Shown piece by piece: positions 37,617 through 48,018 of a DNA stretch of 64,000 bases. The stretch's first letter is position 1. Each line of letters begins with the position of its first letter. The notes under the pieces are model-generated. The model was not told the origin of the DNA, made no database searches, and saw only the letters and a list, made by a program, of their open reading frames with translations. The DNA is from Zancudomyces culisetae HAW-14-8 (lineage: Eukaryota; Fungi; Kickxellomycota): contig JBNJNM010000010.1 of assembly GCA_052426225.1 (NCBI GenBank), positions 1,054,001 to 1,118,000 of the forward strand, given 5' to 3'. Made by a program: the position numbers and the translations under genes.

Positions 37617-40600
37617 TTAGGCGATAATGCCCTCATTATTTTGAGCCTGTTTAAAGGTAAGTAACTTAGGTCGAAGTCGATTTGAAATTTCGGGAATCAT
37701 AAATTTAGATTCATGGTACTTCTTTAGCAAGTCTCCGTTGACTAAATCTCTATTTCCGAACTGATCTGAGATTAAGTAAGCCCCCTTAGTAAACCTTTTC
37801 ATAACTGTATATGGGCCTTCCCATAAACTTTCAAGCTTTCCTCTTTCATACTCTACTAACTTTAACACTTTTTCTCCAACTTGAAATTTTGTAAATTTAA
37901 CGGTTTTATTATATCTTACTTTTTCAGATTCTTTTGCTGCTACAGCTTTGCGAACCCCGATTTTTCTTATTTGCGGTAAGTTACTCTTCATTAGCTCCAA
38001 TCTACTTTTAACTTGTTCAACTTCATCTTCAATTACACCATTAGATTTCCAAGTCGAGGGAATGCACATTTCGGTTCCGTACATCATCTCGGCGGGTGTA
38101 TAACCAGTACTCTTGCTCTCCATAGTTCTCATGATGAGTAACACCTTCCACAGGTAACGATCCCAATTATTTTTGTCTTTCCTACATATCTTCTGTAACA
38201 AATTTACTAACGTCTTGTTCAATCTTTCACACTGTCCGTTGCTTTGCGGACGGTATGAAGTGGTAGGACTGTGGTCCAGCTGTAACCAGTTGAATACCTC
38301 GGTAGTAACGTTGCTGACAAAGCTCGAACCCCTATCTGTTATTATCTTCTGTGGTACACCGTAGTAAGTAACGATATTGTTTATTATAAAGTCTACTATA
38401 GTTTCACTTAACAAGTTGTCTACGGGAATGGCTATCGGCCATTTCGTGCAATAATCTATAGCTGTTAGAATATAACGATTTCCTGACTCTGAAATAGGAT
38501 TGATAGGACCGATAGCGTCCATACCGAATATTTCGAACGGCTTGACTGCATGCACTGGTACCAACGGGTGTTTACGACTTCTTCCATCCTTGAAAACTTG
38601 ACAAACATGACACCGCTTAACATAGTCCACTACCTGCTTGTACAATCCTTTAGCATAATGATTTCTGCTTACTCTTACCCAAGTGTTTTCGATACCCTCG
38701 TGTGTATCGTCGTGAACCTTCTTGATCATATCTATACTCTCATCAGCCGTCAAAACTTCTTTTAATTGTCCCTTAACCCACCTGTATATTTTGCCATCCA
38801 CCTGCTTGTATGACTTAGATTTTTTCTTTATTTTTTCAGCTAACTCTTCTGAAACGTCTTGTGGCAGTGTTCCATCTAATAAAAATTGCCTAACTAAATT
38901 TTCTTCGTTTACCCAAATGTTGTAGACTTCAATTGATTCTTCCTCAGTTGTTTCTATCAGACTACTTCGAGATAAATGGTCAGCAGGATTGACCTTCCCT
39001 GGTATATGCTCTATATCGAATTCGTAACTTCTAAGAAACATAGCCCATCTAGCTAGCCTTCCACTTAATTCTTCGCCGTTAAACATATTTAATAATGCTT
39101 TATGATCGGTTTTTATTACAAACTTCCTACCATATAAATAAAACTTAAACTTTTTAACGGCCCAGACAACCGCCAACCCCTCCAAGTGACTGATCGAATA
39201 ATTTTTCTCTGCATTACTGGTTGTTCTACTTGCATACTCCACTGGTCTTTCTTTTCCTTCAATAACTTGTGATAGTATTGCTCCAACTCCACTAACTGCA
39301 GCGTCCGTCGTAACCACAAAAGAATAATCCCAATTTGGGTGCGCAAGCACTGGGGCTTCCGTCATCGCTTTTTTCAACTCTAAAAATGCTTCTTCTTGAG
39401 ATTTTCCCCAGTTCCACTTTATTCCTTTCTTTAATAACGCAGTTAGTGGGTTAGCTATTATAGCATATTTTTCAATAAACTTACGATAATAACCTGTCAT
39501 CCCCAAAAATGACTGAACTTCTTTTATGCATGTCGGTGACTTTAACTTTGAAATGGCTTCAATTTTTGTTGAACTAGTTGCAATACCTTCACCCGAAATA
39601 ACATGACCCAAATAATCAATTTCTGTTAACCCTATATTGCATTTATCTTTATGCAACTGTATCTGGCCTTGTTTTAATAATTCTAAAACTTCCTTAAGAT
39701 CTTCTACATGACTGCTTGCACTTTTTGAAAAGACGATTATGTCGTCAACAAAAACAACTGCCTTCTTCCATAGAACTTTTTTCAACACAGTTTCCATTGT
39801 TCTTTGGAAAGTGGAAGGGCTATTTGTCAAACCGAAAGGCATGACGTTATAGTGGTAACTCCCCCCTCCCGGCAACGCGAATGACGTCTTTTCTCGGTCT
39901 TCTTCTGACATTTTTATTTGCCAAAAGCCGCTGAGTGCATCTAAAGTAGTAAAGATGCACGCACCAGCCAAGGCCATAAACAAATCCTGAATAATCGGTA
40001 GTGGGTATGAATCTTTGACTGTAACTGCGTTTAACTTCCTATAATCTGCGCAGATGCGCAGTTTACCGTTTTTCTTCTGGACAACCACCACCGGCGAGCA
40101 CCACTCGGAGTTACTAGGTGCAATTACATTTTGCTCTAACATCCTATCTATTTCTTTTCCTACTTCTTCTTGTAGACGAAACGGTATCCTGTACGGTCTT
40201 TGCTTAATTGGCCTGTTATCCGTGAGTACTATCCTGTGCTCGGCTACATTTGTTTGCTTTAACTTGTCGATATCATCTACAAATAATTCGTTATAGTCCT
40301 GGATCAAGGCCTCTAAACCTGCTACACCATCACCTTGGATTCCTGTTGGTGATTCCGTGAAAAAATATAAATCCCAGGTTTCCTCTACAGTATGTGCTTC
40401 TTTGGTAGTAACTAGTGGTGTTACCACTTCTGCTCTATCCACAGGTAATCTTAGTTCTGGCACTGCTAGATTTAGACTGGCTTTATGTTTTAAAAGCCAA
40501 TCCATACCTAATATTATTGTTGGTGACATATTTCCCAACACCACCAATGATGCTACGAACTCAATTTTACTAATCATAATTGGTACACCTGACACCACAC

Positions 40601-41912
40601 CTAGAGTTTCATGACGTTTCCCGTCCGCTGTTATAATAACGTGCGAACTCTTCATGTTAGGCTCCAAACCAATCTTGTTCAAAGCACCTGTAGTAATCAC
40701 AGAGCATGCCGCCCCTGTGTCTACCACCGCTTTCCACTGTAACTGGTAAATCTCAACCGTCATACTACAGTTTGTAGTAGCTTTTTCCTGGATTCTTATC
40801 TCGTTTAGGGCGGTCTGCGGTGAAACTTCAACTATGTTTTTCCAATCCTGTGCAATTTTTTCCGAATTTTGAAGTAATTGAATCATGCTAATTTTTGGAT
40901 AGACTTTCTCCAACTCTTCCCTCAAATTGAACTTTTTCACTCTATCAATCGTTCCTGACTCCGGTTGGGTGACTCTCTCCGCCCGAAGCTCCTGTGCGTC
41001 CATGTCTCCCGTATTTCTAATCTTAGCTGGTCTTCCAACTCGACCAGCCGCATCCGTTGCTTTTCTTTTTTCTACCATAAGTACTTCGTCTACTTCAGTA
41101 GGTTCAGTACCTATGGATAAAAAATTGACTTTCTTTTCCTCGTGCTCCTTTTGAAACCGTGGACATTCAAACTTCCGGTGACCTTTCTCATGACAATAAT
41201 AACACTCCCATGTGCTTGCACGTTCCACCTTTGCTTGACTTCCCCACTTTTTAGTTGAAGCAACCGTTTGATCTAACTTTTCCAAGAGGCTGACACTAAG
41301 CTCTTGAAAGGTTTTGAGAAACTCTCCAAACTGCCCAGCTTCCGTAGTCAATTCTTTTACCGACTTGCCTGACCGGGTAGCAGCGTTCTTAGTAGTTGGC
41401 TTACTACTCTTAATTGCTGCCTGTATATCCCTCCTACAATTTGTACTTTGTTCCAACTTAGCCACTAACTTAAGTACCGCTTCTCTATCTAAACCTTCCT
41501 TATCTGAAAGTCTTTCCCTAATATCATCTGAGAACGTACTAACCAGTGAACCAAGTTTAGTCACCTCTTCCTTGATTCCTACTTGTTTCCATAACTTTTC
41601 CAATTCCATTTCTAGCTCCTCCAGACTTTCAAACTCTGCTCGTTTGATTGTTCCAAGTCTGGTCCATGCTCCACTAGTAGAAAACACTGTACTATATTTC
41701 TTTTTGAACTCCTTAGTATATATTTCCCACGACGTGAAACTATTCTTGTTCCTCTTATACCAGATTGTTTCAGACTTGCCTAGCCACAACTTAACTAACC
41801 CGACCCAATCCTCAGGGTCCCACTTGTTAATCTTCGCAATTAGTTGAAAGTCCTCAAGCCAGTCCTCGGCGTTTATTCCTTTCCCACTTTCGAATATAGT
41901 GACTTTGTCCAT
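37617..41912 (-). CDS. Gag-Pol polyprotein, 1431 aa, single frame
   Basis: CCHC, VDTGAACS, VFVDDII, TTDAA, HHCC, DDE, WEGPY; no chromodomain. Confidence 0.96.
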   Translation of the reverse strand: MDKVTIFESGKGINAEDWLEDFQLIAKINKWDPEDWVGLVKLWLGKSETIWYKRNKNSFTSWEIYTKEFKKKYSTVFSTSGAWTRLGTIKRAEFESLEELEMELEKLWKQVGIKEEVTKLGSLVSTFSDDIRERLSDKEGLDREAVLKLVAKLEQSTNCRRDIQAAIKSSKPTTKNAATRSGKSVKELTTEAGQFGEFLKTFQELSVSLLEKLDQTVASTKKWGSQAKVERASTWECYYCHEKGHRKFECPRFQKEHEEKKVNFLSIGTEPTEVDEVLMVEKRKATDAAGRVGRPAKIRNTGDMDAQELRAERVTQPESGTIDRVKKFNLREELEKVYPKISMIQLLQNSEKIAQDWKNIVEVSPQTALNEIRIQEKATTNCSMTVEIYQLQWKAVVDTGAACSVITTGALNKIGLEPNMKSSHVIITADGKRHETLGVVSGVPIMISKIEFVASLVVLGNMSPTIILGMDWLLKHKASLNLAVPELRLPVDRAEVVTPLVTTKEAHTVEETWDLYFFTESPTGIQGDGVAGLEALIQDYNELFVDDIDKLKQTNVAEHRIVLTDNRPIKQRPYRIPFRLQEEVGKEIDRMLEQNVIAPSNSEWCSPVVVVQKKNGKLRICADYRKLNAVTVKDSYPLPIIQDLFMALAGACIFTTLDALSGFWQIKMSEEDREKTSFALPGGGSYHYNVMPFGLTNSPSTFQRTMETVLKKVLWKKAVVFVDDIIVFSKSASSHVEDLKEVLELLKQGQIQLHKDKCNIGLTEIDYLGHVISGEGIATSSTKIEAISKLKSPTCIKEVQSFLGMTGYYRKFIEKYAIIANPLTALLKKGIKWNWGKSQEEAFLELKKAMTEAPVLAHPNWDYSFVVTTDAAVSGVGAILSQVIEGKERPVEYASRTTSNAEKNYSISHLEGLAVVWAVKKFKFYLYGRKFVIKTDHKALLNMFNGEELSGRLARWAMFLRSYEFDIEHIPGKVNPADHLSRSSLIETTEEESIEVYNIWVNEENLVRQFLLDGTLPQDVSEELAEKIKKKSKSYKQVDGKIYRWVKGQLKEVLTADESIDMIKKVHDDTHEGIENTWVRVSRNHYAKGLYKQVVDYVKRCHVCQVFKDGRSRKHPLVPVHAVKPFEIFGMDAIGPINPISESGNRYILTAIDYCTKWPIAIPVDNLLSETIVDFIINNIVTYYGVPQKIITDRGSSFVSNVTTEVFNWLQLDHSPTTSYRPQSNGQCERLNKTLVNLLQKICRKDKNNWDRYLWKVLLIMRTMESKSTGYTPAEMMYGTEMCIPSTWKSNGVIEDEVEQVKSRLELMKSNLPQIRKIGVRKAVAAKESEKVRYNKTVKFTKFQVGEKVLKLVEYERGKLESLWEGPYTVMKRFTKGAYLISDQFGNRDLVNGDLLKKYHESKFMIPEISNRLRPKLLTFKQAQNNEGIIA

Positions 41913-41933
41913 GATTCAATTAGTATCGATGTA

Positions 41934-41953
41934 GATTCCGACAGAAGGCACCA
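41934..41953 (-). promoter_or_regulatory. PBS TGGTGCCTTCTGTCGGAATC (identical in F at 58970-58989)
   Basis: Complement of a tRNA 3' end GATTCCGACAGAAGGCA-CCA; resembles tRNA-Thr (unconfirmed). Confidence 0.88.
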
Positions 41954-43061
41954 CTGTCGTATAATAAAGAAATTTTATTTATACCTAATGTAAAAACAAT
42001 ATAATTTGTAACTCTAAGTAAGTATTATCCTTGATAACTAATACCACTTAAAGATTAACTTGTACTGATATATTGAGTGATTAGAATCTAATATTTATTA
42101 ATGTGAACCACAAAATCTGATAGATAAAACTCTCACAAAAACTCTACCAAACCTTAAATAAAAACTAATTACGATTAAAGGGATTCAATTTTCATTGTTT
42201 TTCCTTTACGTAATTTTAGCCAATAAAACCTATCTAAAATAACTTTATAAAATTGAACTAAAAAATATACTAAAATAAACAAAACTAAACTAAAACATAG
42301 TACTATTGTACTATACGACATGTGTTGTAATTTTAGTTTGCAGAAAATTTCTCAGAAAATTTTCGCAACTAAACCTACAAAAAGTTCTGCTAATAGAGGG
42401 GGATTGTTACTGGAATAAGTTTTACTTTATTTAACCAGTCAACCCTACCTTTTTAGCTTATATTTAATTTAGTTTTATGTATTTATTACTTCAATAAATG
42501 CGATAAAACTGGGTAAAATTACGCCCAACTCCTAAAATTTGGTGTGCAAAACAATTAATTTTGGTCCAAAAATTAGACTCTGATACCTTTCTGATACCCT
42601 TTGAAAATTGTGTTACGCTTCACTACCTATGTTTTTTTTTTGGTTTTAGGTAGGTTTTTGCTCAAATCACAAATTTCAATTTTATAGAGTAAAATCAAGT
42701 ATTTTAGAGCTAATTTGTATTTTATTTAATGAATAACTTTTAAAAATAAAAAGATAAAACCACCAAACTTGTGGTGAGGTTACTAGTAATATACTAGTAC
42801 CTGACTAGCTATTTTATTAGAACTTTATATAATAGAAACTTAAAATAAAATAATCAAAACTTAATATTGACTCACTTTTTGGGTGATAATTTCACCCTAG
42901 TAATCCCAGATTACTAGCTCGAACACCCGAGATAACGGTGGTTATTCGGTGTTTGAGAAGCTGTATGCTGTTCATCCAATAGTTTAGCTTGGATAGAACT
43001 AAGCATACAACACCTCCCCCCCACAGCTTACACTCAGGGCTTCAACCTTTGTGTGCAAGCT

Positions 43062-46000
43062 TTAATTCTTGAAGCGTCTCAAAGTGCTCCGAATATTTCC
43101 TGGCGTGATCTCGGGGATCATGTGTTCTGCCTGGCGATATGGTTTAAGGCGGTCTCCATTAACCAAGTCACGGTGTCCTGCTGGATCTTGGATAACGTAT
43201 GTGCCTAACCTAAGTACTCTGGTGACGGTATATGGTCCTTCCCAGTAGGGTTCCAATTTTCCTGAAGGTTGCTCAACTTTTCTGAGCACCTTGTCACCTT
43301 CCTTGAAACGGTAGACAGTTACTTGTTTGTCATACCTTTGCTTCATGACCTGGTTTGCCTCAGCCATTTTTTCAACTGCTAGGCGCCTTATCTCGGGGAT
43401 ACCAACTTGTATGGCGTTTACCCTTTGAATAATCTCTTCCTCGAGATCTTCCACTTCTGCAGGAGGTCTCCAAGTTGCTGGGGTTTGCAACTTTACTCCA
43501 TACAGTAACTCTGCGGGGCTTTTATCTGTAGATCTGTTCTTCATAGTCCTGATGACTAACAAGACCTTCCAGATATAAGTATCCCACTCTTCCTTGTTTC
43601 TCTCAGAAACTTTGGCTAACACATTACGGAAAGTTCTATGGAAGCGTTCCACTTGACCATTAGCTTGGGGACGAAATACGGTAGTTGGGGTGTGGTGAAT
43701 CCCCACCTCTTCGTAAAACTTAGAGGACAATTCTGATGTGAATGATGCTCCTCTGTCAGACATAAGTTGTGCGGGTATACCGAACTCTTGCACCACTTTG
43801 GTGAACAAGAAGTTAATCACAACTTCCGAAGTAGCATGTGGCACCGCCACAGCAATTGGCCACTTCGTCAAGTAGTCTATCGCAGTTATGACATACTTGT
43901 TGCCTGACTTTGCTATAGGATTTATAGGTCCTACAAAGTCAATCCCCATTATTTCAAACGGTCGCATGGCTAGGAAGGGATGGAGCGGCTCTCTAAAGAA
44001 TTTACCTTTATCTTGTTTTTGGCAACGCTCACATTCTCCTACAACTTCCTCAACTACCTCTCGCAACCCTTTACCGAAGTACTTGTTTCGGGCGCGATTC
44101 AGGGTATAGAGTATTCCTTCATGACCTTCTTCGTGAATCTCCCGGATTTTCTCCTTTTGATTCTCATGGTGAAGTACTTCCCTTATCCCAAACTGCTTTG
44201 TTACTTTGCATAACTTATTATCCAGCAGCTTGAACAACTTAGCCTTTTCCCGAAGGCTTTTCCTGAAGTCGTCATTAGCTCTGTTTGGGTAAGTTCTATC
44301 CCTTAGGTAGTTGGAAATAGCTGCGTGATGTAACACATCCATCGCCGCTATTTCTACTTCCTCGGCCTCTGCTCCTGGGGCTACTTCTTCCGTGATTCCT
44401 GGATTTCTTGACAGGAAATCAGTAGGGTTTACAGCACCCCTAACATGTTGGAATTCGTAGTCAAACTCCCGCAGGAACATTGCCCATCGTGCTACTCTGC
44501 CATTTAAGTCCTGGGTGTCAAAGACCTTTAGTAATGCCAAATGGTCTGTCTTCACCACAAACTTTTTCCCCCAAAGGTAGTGTTTAAATTTCTTTATTCC
44601 CCACACTACCGCAAGGCCTTCCAAATGAGTAATAGCATAGTTGGCTTCATGAATGTTTAGGGTGCGACTGGCGTAAGCTATTGGGCGTTCTTCGCCGTTT
44701 ATTTCTTGTGTTAAGATAGCTCCCAGTCCGACCCCAGAGGCATCCGTGGTCAGGATAAATTCCCTGTCCCAATTGGGATGTGCCAGTGTAGGAGCTTGAG
44801 TGAGCAGTCTCTTTAGCTCCCGCACCGCCTCTTTACATTCTTCAGACCACTCCCAAGAGACATCTTTCTTTAGGAGGTTTGTCAACGGTCTGGCCACTAA
44901 CGCATAGTTAGGTATAAACTTCCTATAGTACCCAGTGAATCCTAAGAAGGATTGTATTTCTTTAACATTTCTTGGGTCTATTAGAGTGTTTATACTCACT
45001 ATTTTATCCTCATTTGTACTTATACCATTCTTACCAATGGTATGCCCCAAGTAACGAATCTCGGTCTTGCCGAATTCGCACTTATCTTTGTGCAATTGCA
45101 CTTTACCCTTCCTGAGACATTCAAAAACTTCTTCTAAATGTCCCTTGTGTTCCTCCCAGGTCTTGGAGTACACAATTATGTCGTCGATAAACACAATTGC
45201 ACAACGCCATAAAACGTTTGCCAACACTTTCTCCATCAGTTTCTGGAATGTAGCGGGACTGTTGCAAAGTCCAAAAGGCATAACGTTGTAACAGTACATT
45301 CCATCTCCTGGTAGAGCGAATGCTGTTTTGTGTTTATCTGCGGGATTCATTTTGACCTGCCAAAACCCGCTCATAGCGTCCATTACGCTAAAAACCCCTG
45401 CATTCCCAAATGCCGCAAAGATATCATCAATTATTGGCAATGGGTACAGATCCTTGCGGGTAACTAAGTTAAGTTTACGGTAATCTGAGCAAATTCTCAA
45501 CTTCCCGTTCTTCTTAGTTACCACCACTACTGGGGCGCACCAATCGGACTGGCAGGGCTCAATTATGCCTTTCTCTGCCATTACCTCCAGTTCCCCTCGC
45601 ACCTGCTCCCGTAGATGGTGCGGAATCCTGTAAGGGCGAACCTTCACCGGATTGGCGTCTCCAACCTCAATGCGGTGGTCCAAAACATCGGTCTGTTCTA
45701 GATCCATAAGATCAGTCACAAACAGATCATTATTCTTTTCCAGCACATTGAGGAGCCCCTGGGGTACTTCTGGTGCCACTTCAGATGTTGAAGTTGACAC
45801 CTCCTTTGCTATCCCGTAGAGTTCGTACCCCGAATAATCTACGAGGTTGCTTTTCTTACTCGTAAAGAGTGTCAAAGCAATCTCCTTGTCGCCCTTGGGT
45901 AATATTAATTCTTTACCGCCCAAGTCGACCATAGCACCATGTTTAGTCAACCAGTCCATGCCTAAGACTAGCTGATTAATACCCCGCTCCATGACCAACA

Positions 46001-47600
46001 GATCTCCAGTAAAGATGTACCCAGCGATTCTGAAAGGTACACCCGAAACTATTCCAAGTGTGGAATGTTTCGCCCCATCTGCTGTCACTATAGTGGGCGT
46101 ATCCATAGTGTCTATTTCCAAACCCAGCATTTTTAGGAAGTCGTTGGTGACTACTGAGCAGGCTGCTCCAGTATCTAGGATAGCAACGTGGTATTCACCA
46201 AAGACGTCGATGTACGCTTTACAGTTTGTATAGCGACTACTTTCATCTTCAATGGCTCCCAACTCTTGCTCCTCCAACTTTTGGATGTATGTTAACATCC
46301 TCTTCCTAACCATTGGGGAAACCTTGAGGAGATGGGCATAGTTTAACTTTGGTTGAATCCTGTTAAACTCATCCTCAATGGAAAACTCCTTTATTGGGAG
46401 TTCTTCCTTGTCCCCAGGTGTCTGGCGAGTTTTCCCAGTCGCCGCACCTCTCTCGCGTACTATAGCAGCTTTATCAGCTAAGTAGCGTTTTGTTTTAGAG
46501 TTGGTTTCCGTCTGGAAAGAGAACCTGTCTTTCGCAGGGTTTCTCGGAACCACTCGTATTGCCTGAGGTGGATTTTGGTCTTTTTCGACCTCCATACCAA
46601 CCTCCCTAATCTCTCCGGTAACCTGTCCCGGAGGATTTTCTCCTGTCCTAACTCTACCCCTTACAGGGCCGTTGTCTGTTGGGGAGGGGCTTCTGGGCCT
46701 TTTCTCCACTCCAAACAACGCTTCCGCCTCTGAGTCGGACATCTCAGAGCATAGCTCAATACAGCCTAAGTCTTTCGACCCTCCAGCTGCTTCAGGACAT
46801 TGTGTCCCATGGTGCCCAGGCTTTTTACACTTGAAGCACTCCAGGATTCTTGGCTTGAAGTCTCTCTGGGGTTTCCTATTGTTTCCCCCATGAGATTTGG
46901 CCTCAAGCTTTTCCATCCTGTCGAGAATGTTGAGTTGCAAACCTTGCATATACTTCAACGTTCTCTGTAATTCCCCAGCAAAGTTTTCCTTCAGCGAAGT
47001 ATCCGCTTTTGGAGGACTTTGCTCTTTCTTTTCTACCTTTGCGGGTGCTCTGGTTTTCTTTGGTGCCGAAAGATTCAGAGCCTTCTCGAGTTTTTCTTCC
47101 TCGAGGAGTTTCTCCTTAGCTTCCTTTACCTTAGTAATCCCAGCCTTAGAAAGAAGGACTTGATTCCTTTGGGTGAGTGCTCTCCGAAAGAGATTCATCC
47201 AAGTCTTCGAATCCTCCTTAATACCCGCAGCATTAGCCAAACTATCAAACTCGGCTTCGAAAAGCTCAAAGTTTTTAAAGTTTGCTTGCCGCAAATCTAT
47301 CAGGGTTTCCAATGCCGTTAACTCAGTTTCTTGAGTACCGAACTGCTCCAGGAATTTCTTGGAAGCGGCTTCCCAGGTTGTCAAAGTTGACAATTGCCTT
47401 TTAAACCACTTCTTGTCCTCCCCGGATAGGTACAGCTCAAGATACTTGAGTTTTTCTGCATCATTCCACCCATACATAGATGAAATTAAACCGTATGTAT
47501 GCAACCAGTCCTCAACATCGGGACAGTTTGCGCTATCAAACGGAGTAATTTCTGGACCCCCGCGGTTAGATATCACTTTTTTACCAGTGTTCCCAACCAT
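43062..47600 (-). CDS. Gag-Pol polyprotein, 1512 aa, single frame
   Basis: CFKCKKPGHHGTQC, LDTGAACS, VFIDDII, TTDAS, MSDRG, WEGPY. Confidence 0.96.
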   Translation of the reverse strand: MVGNTGKKVISNRGGPEITPFDSANCPDVEDWLHTYGLISSMYGWNDAEKLKYLELYLSGEDKKWFKRQLSTLTTWEAASKKFLEQFGTQETELTALETLIDLRQANFKNFELFEAEFDSLANAAGIKEDSKTWMNLFRRALTQRNQVLLSKAGITKVKEAKEKLLEEEKLEKALNLSAPKKTRAPAKVEKKEQSPPKADTSLKENFAGELQRTLKYMQGLQLNILDRMEKLEAKSHGGNNRKPQRDFKPRILECFKCKKPGHHGTQCPEAAGGSKDLGCIELCSEMSDSEAEALFGVEKRPRSPSPTDNGPVRGRVRTGENPPGQVTGEIREVGMEVEKDQNPPQAIRVVPRNPAKDRFSFQTETNSKTKRYLADKAAIVRERGAATGKTRQTPGDKEELPIKEFSIEDEFNRIQPKLNYAHLLKVSPMVRKRMLTYIQKLEEQELGAIEDESSRYTNCKAYIDVFGEYHVAILDTGAACSVVTNDFLKMLGLEIDTMDTPTIVTADGAKHSTLGIVSGVPFRIAGYIFTGDLLVMERGINQLVLGMDWLTKHGAMVDLGGKELILPKGDKEIALTLFTSKKSNLVDYSGYELYGIAKEVSTSTSEVAPEVPQGLLNVLEKNNDLFVTDLMDLEQTDVLDHRIEVGDANPVKVRPYRIPHHLREQVRGELEVMAEKGIIEPCQSDWCAPVVVVTKKNGKLRICSDYRKLNLVTRKDLYPLPIIDDIFAAFGNAGVFSVMDAMSGFWQVKMNPADKHKTAFALPGDGMYCYNVMPFGLCNSPATFQKLMEKVLANVLWRCAIVFIDDIIVYSKTWEEHKGHLEEVFECLRKGKVQLHKDKCEFGKTEIRYLGHTIGKNGISTNEDKIVSINTLIDPRNVKEIQSFLGFTGYYRKFIPNYALVARPLTNLLKKDVSWEWSEECKEAVRELKRLLTQAPTLAHPNWDREFILTTDASGVGLGAILTQEINGEERPIAYASRTLNIHEANYAITHLEGLAVVWGIKKFKHYLWGKKFVVKTDHLALLKVFDTQDLNGRVARWAMFLREFDYEFQHVRGAVNPTDFLSRNPGITEEVAPGAEAEEVEIAAMDVLHHAAISNYLRDRTYPNRANDDFRKSLREKAKLFKLLDNKLCKVTKQFGIREVLHHENQKEKIREIHEEGHEGILYTLNRARNKYFGKGLREVVEEVVGECERCQKQDKGKFFREPLHPFLAMRPFEIMGIDFVGPINPIAKSGNKYVITAIDYLTKWPIAVAVPHATSEVVINFLFTKVVQEFGIPAQLMSDRGASFTSELSSKFYEEVGIHHTPTTVFRPQANGQVERFHRTFRNVLAKVSERNKEEWDTYIWKVLLVIRTMKNRSTDKSPAELLYGVKLQTPATWRPPAEVEDLEEEIIQRVNAIQVGIPEIRRLAVEKMAEANQVMKQRYDKQVTVYRFKEGDKVLRKVEQPSGKLEPYWEGPYTVTRVLRLGTYVIQDPAGHRDLVNGDRLKPYRQAEHMIPEITPGNIRSTLRRFKN

Positions 47601-48001
47601 TTTTTAGTAGTTTAAACTAACTACTTTAATAATAGTTCTTCCCGTAACTTGTTCGGAACTTTTAACTTTTTATATTTTTAATTGGGAGTTTTCTCGGAAA
47701 AATATCTCCGCAAAAGGAATAGTACCAATTTACTATTATTCCTAGCCTTCTGCTAATTTTTCTGAGGTATAACTACCCAAAATTAATGTTTCCTGCAGGA
47801 AAAACTCCTGGTGAAACTTTTAATTAATATTAATTTTTTCGGTAACTTTAGTCGCTGACTAGTTACCTTTCGCACCCGAGAAACTGTGGTATTTCACCCA
47901 GAATGCTCCAGATATATTTTAATACTTATAAAATAATCCTTTAGCAGCTTAATTGCAGACTAGAGTGGTTATTGCGGGACTTCCCAAGTGTTTTGGTAGT
48001 T

Positions 48002-48018
48002 TCCCGGCAGAGCCCCCA
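48002..48018 (-). promoter_or_regulatory. PBS TGGGGGCTCTGCCGGGA, tRNA-Pro type
   Basis: Complement of TCCCGGCAGAGCCC-CCA, matching the typical eukaryotic tRNA-Pro 3' end. Confidence 0.8.

Larger units (their letters stand above)
37240..42320 (-). mobile_element. Intact Ty3/Gypsy element D; 366-bp LTRs 37240-37605 and 41955-42320
   Basis: LTRs differ at one site seen (37361/42076); TSD TGTG; PBS 41934-41953; PPT AAAGGGGGAGTGC; empty site visible at 27841-27856. Confidence 0.97.
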
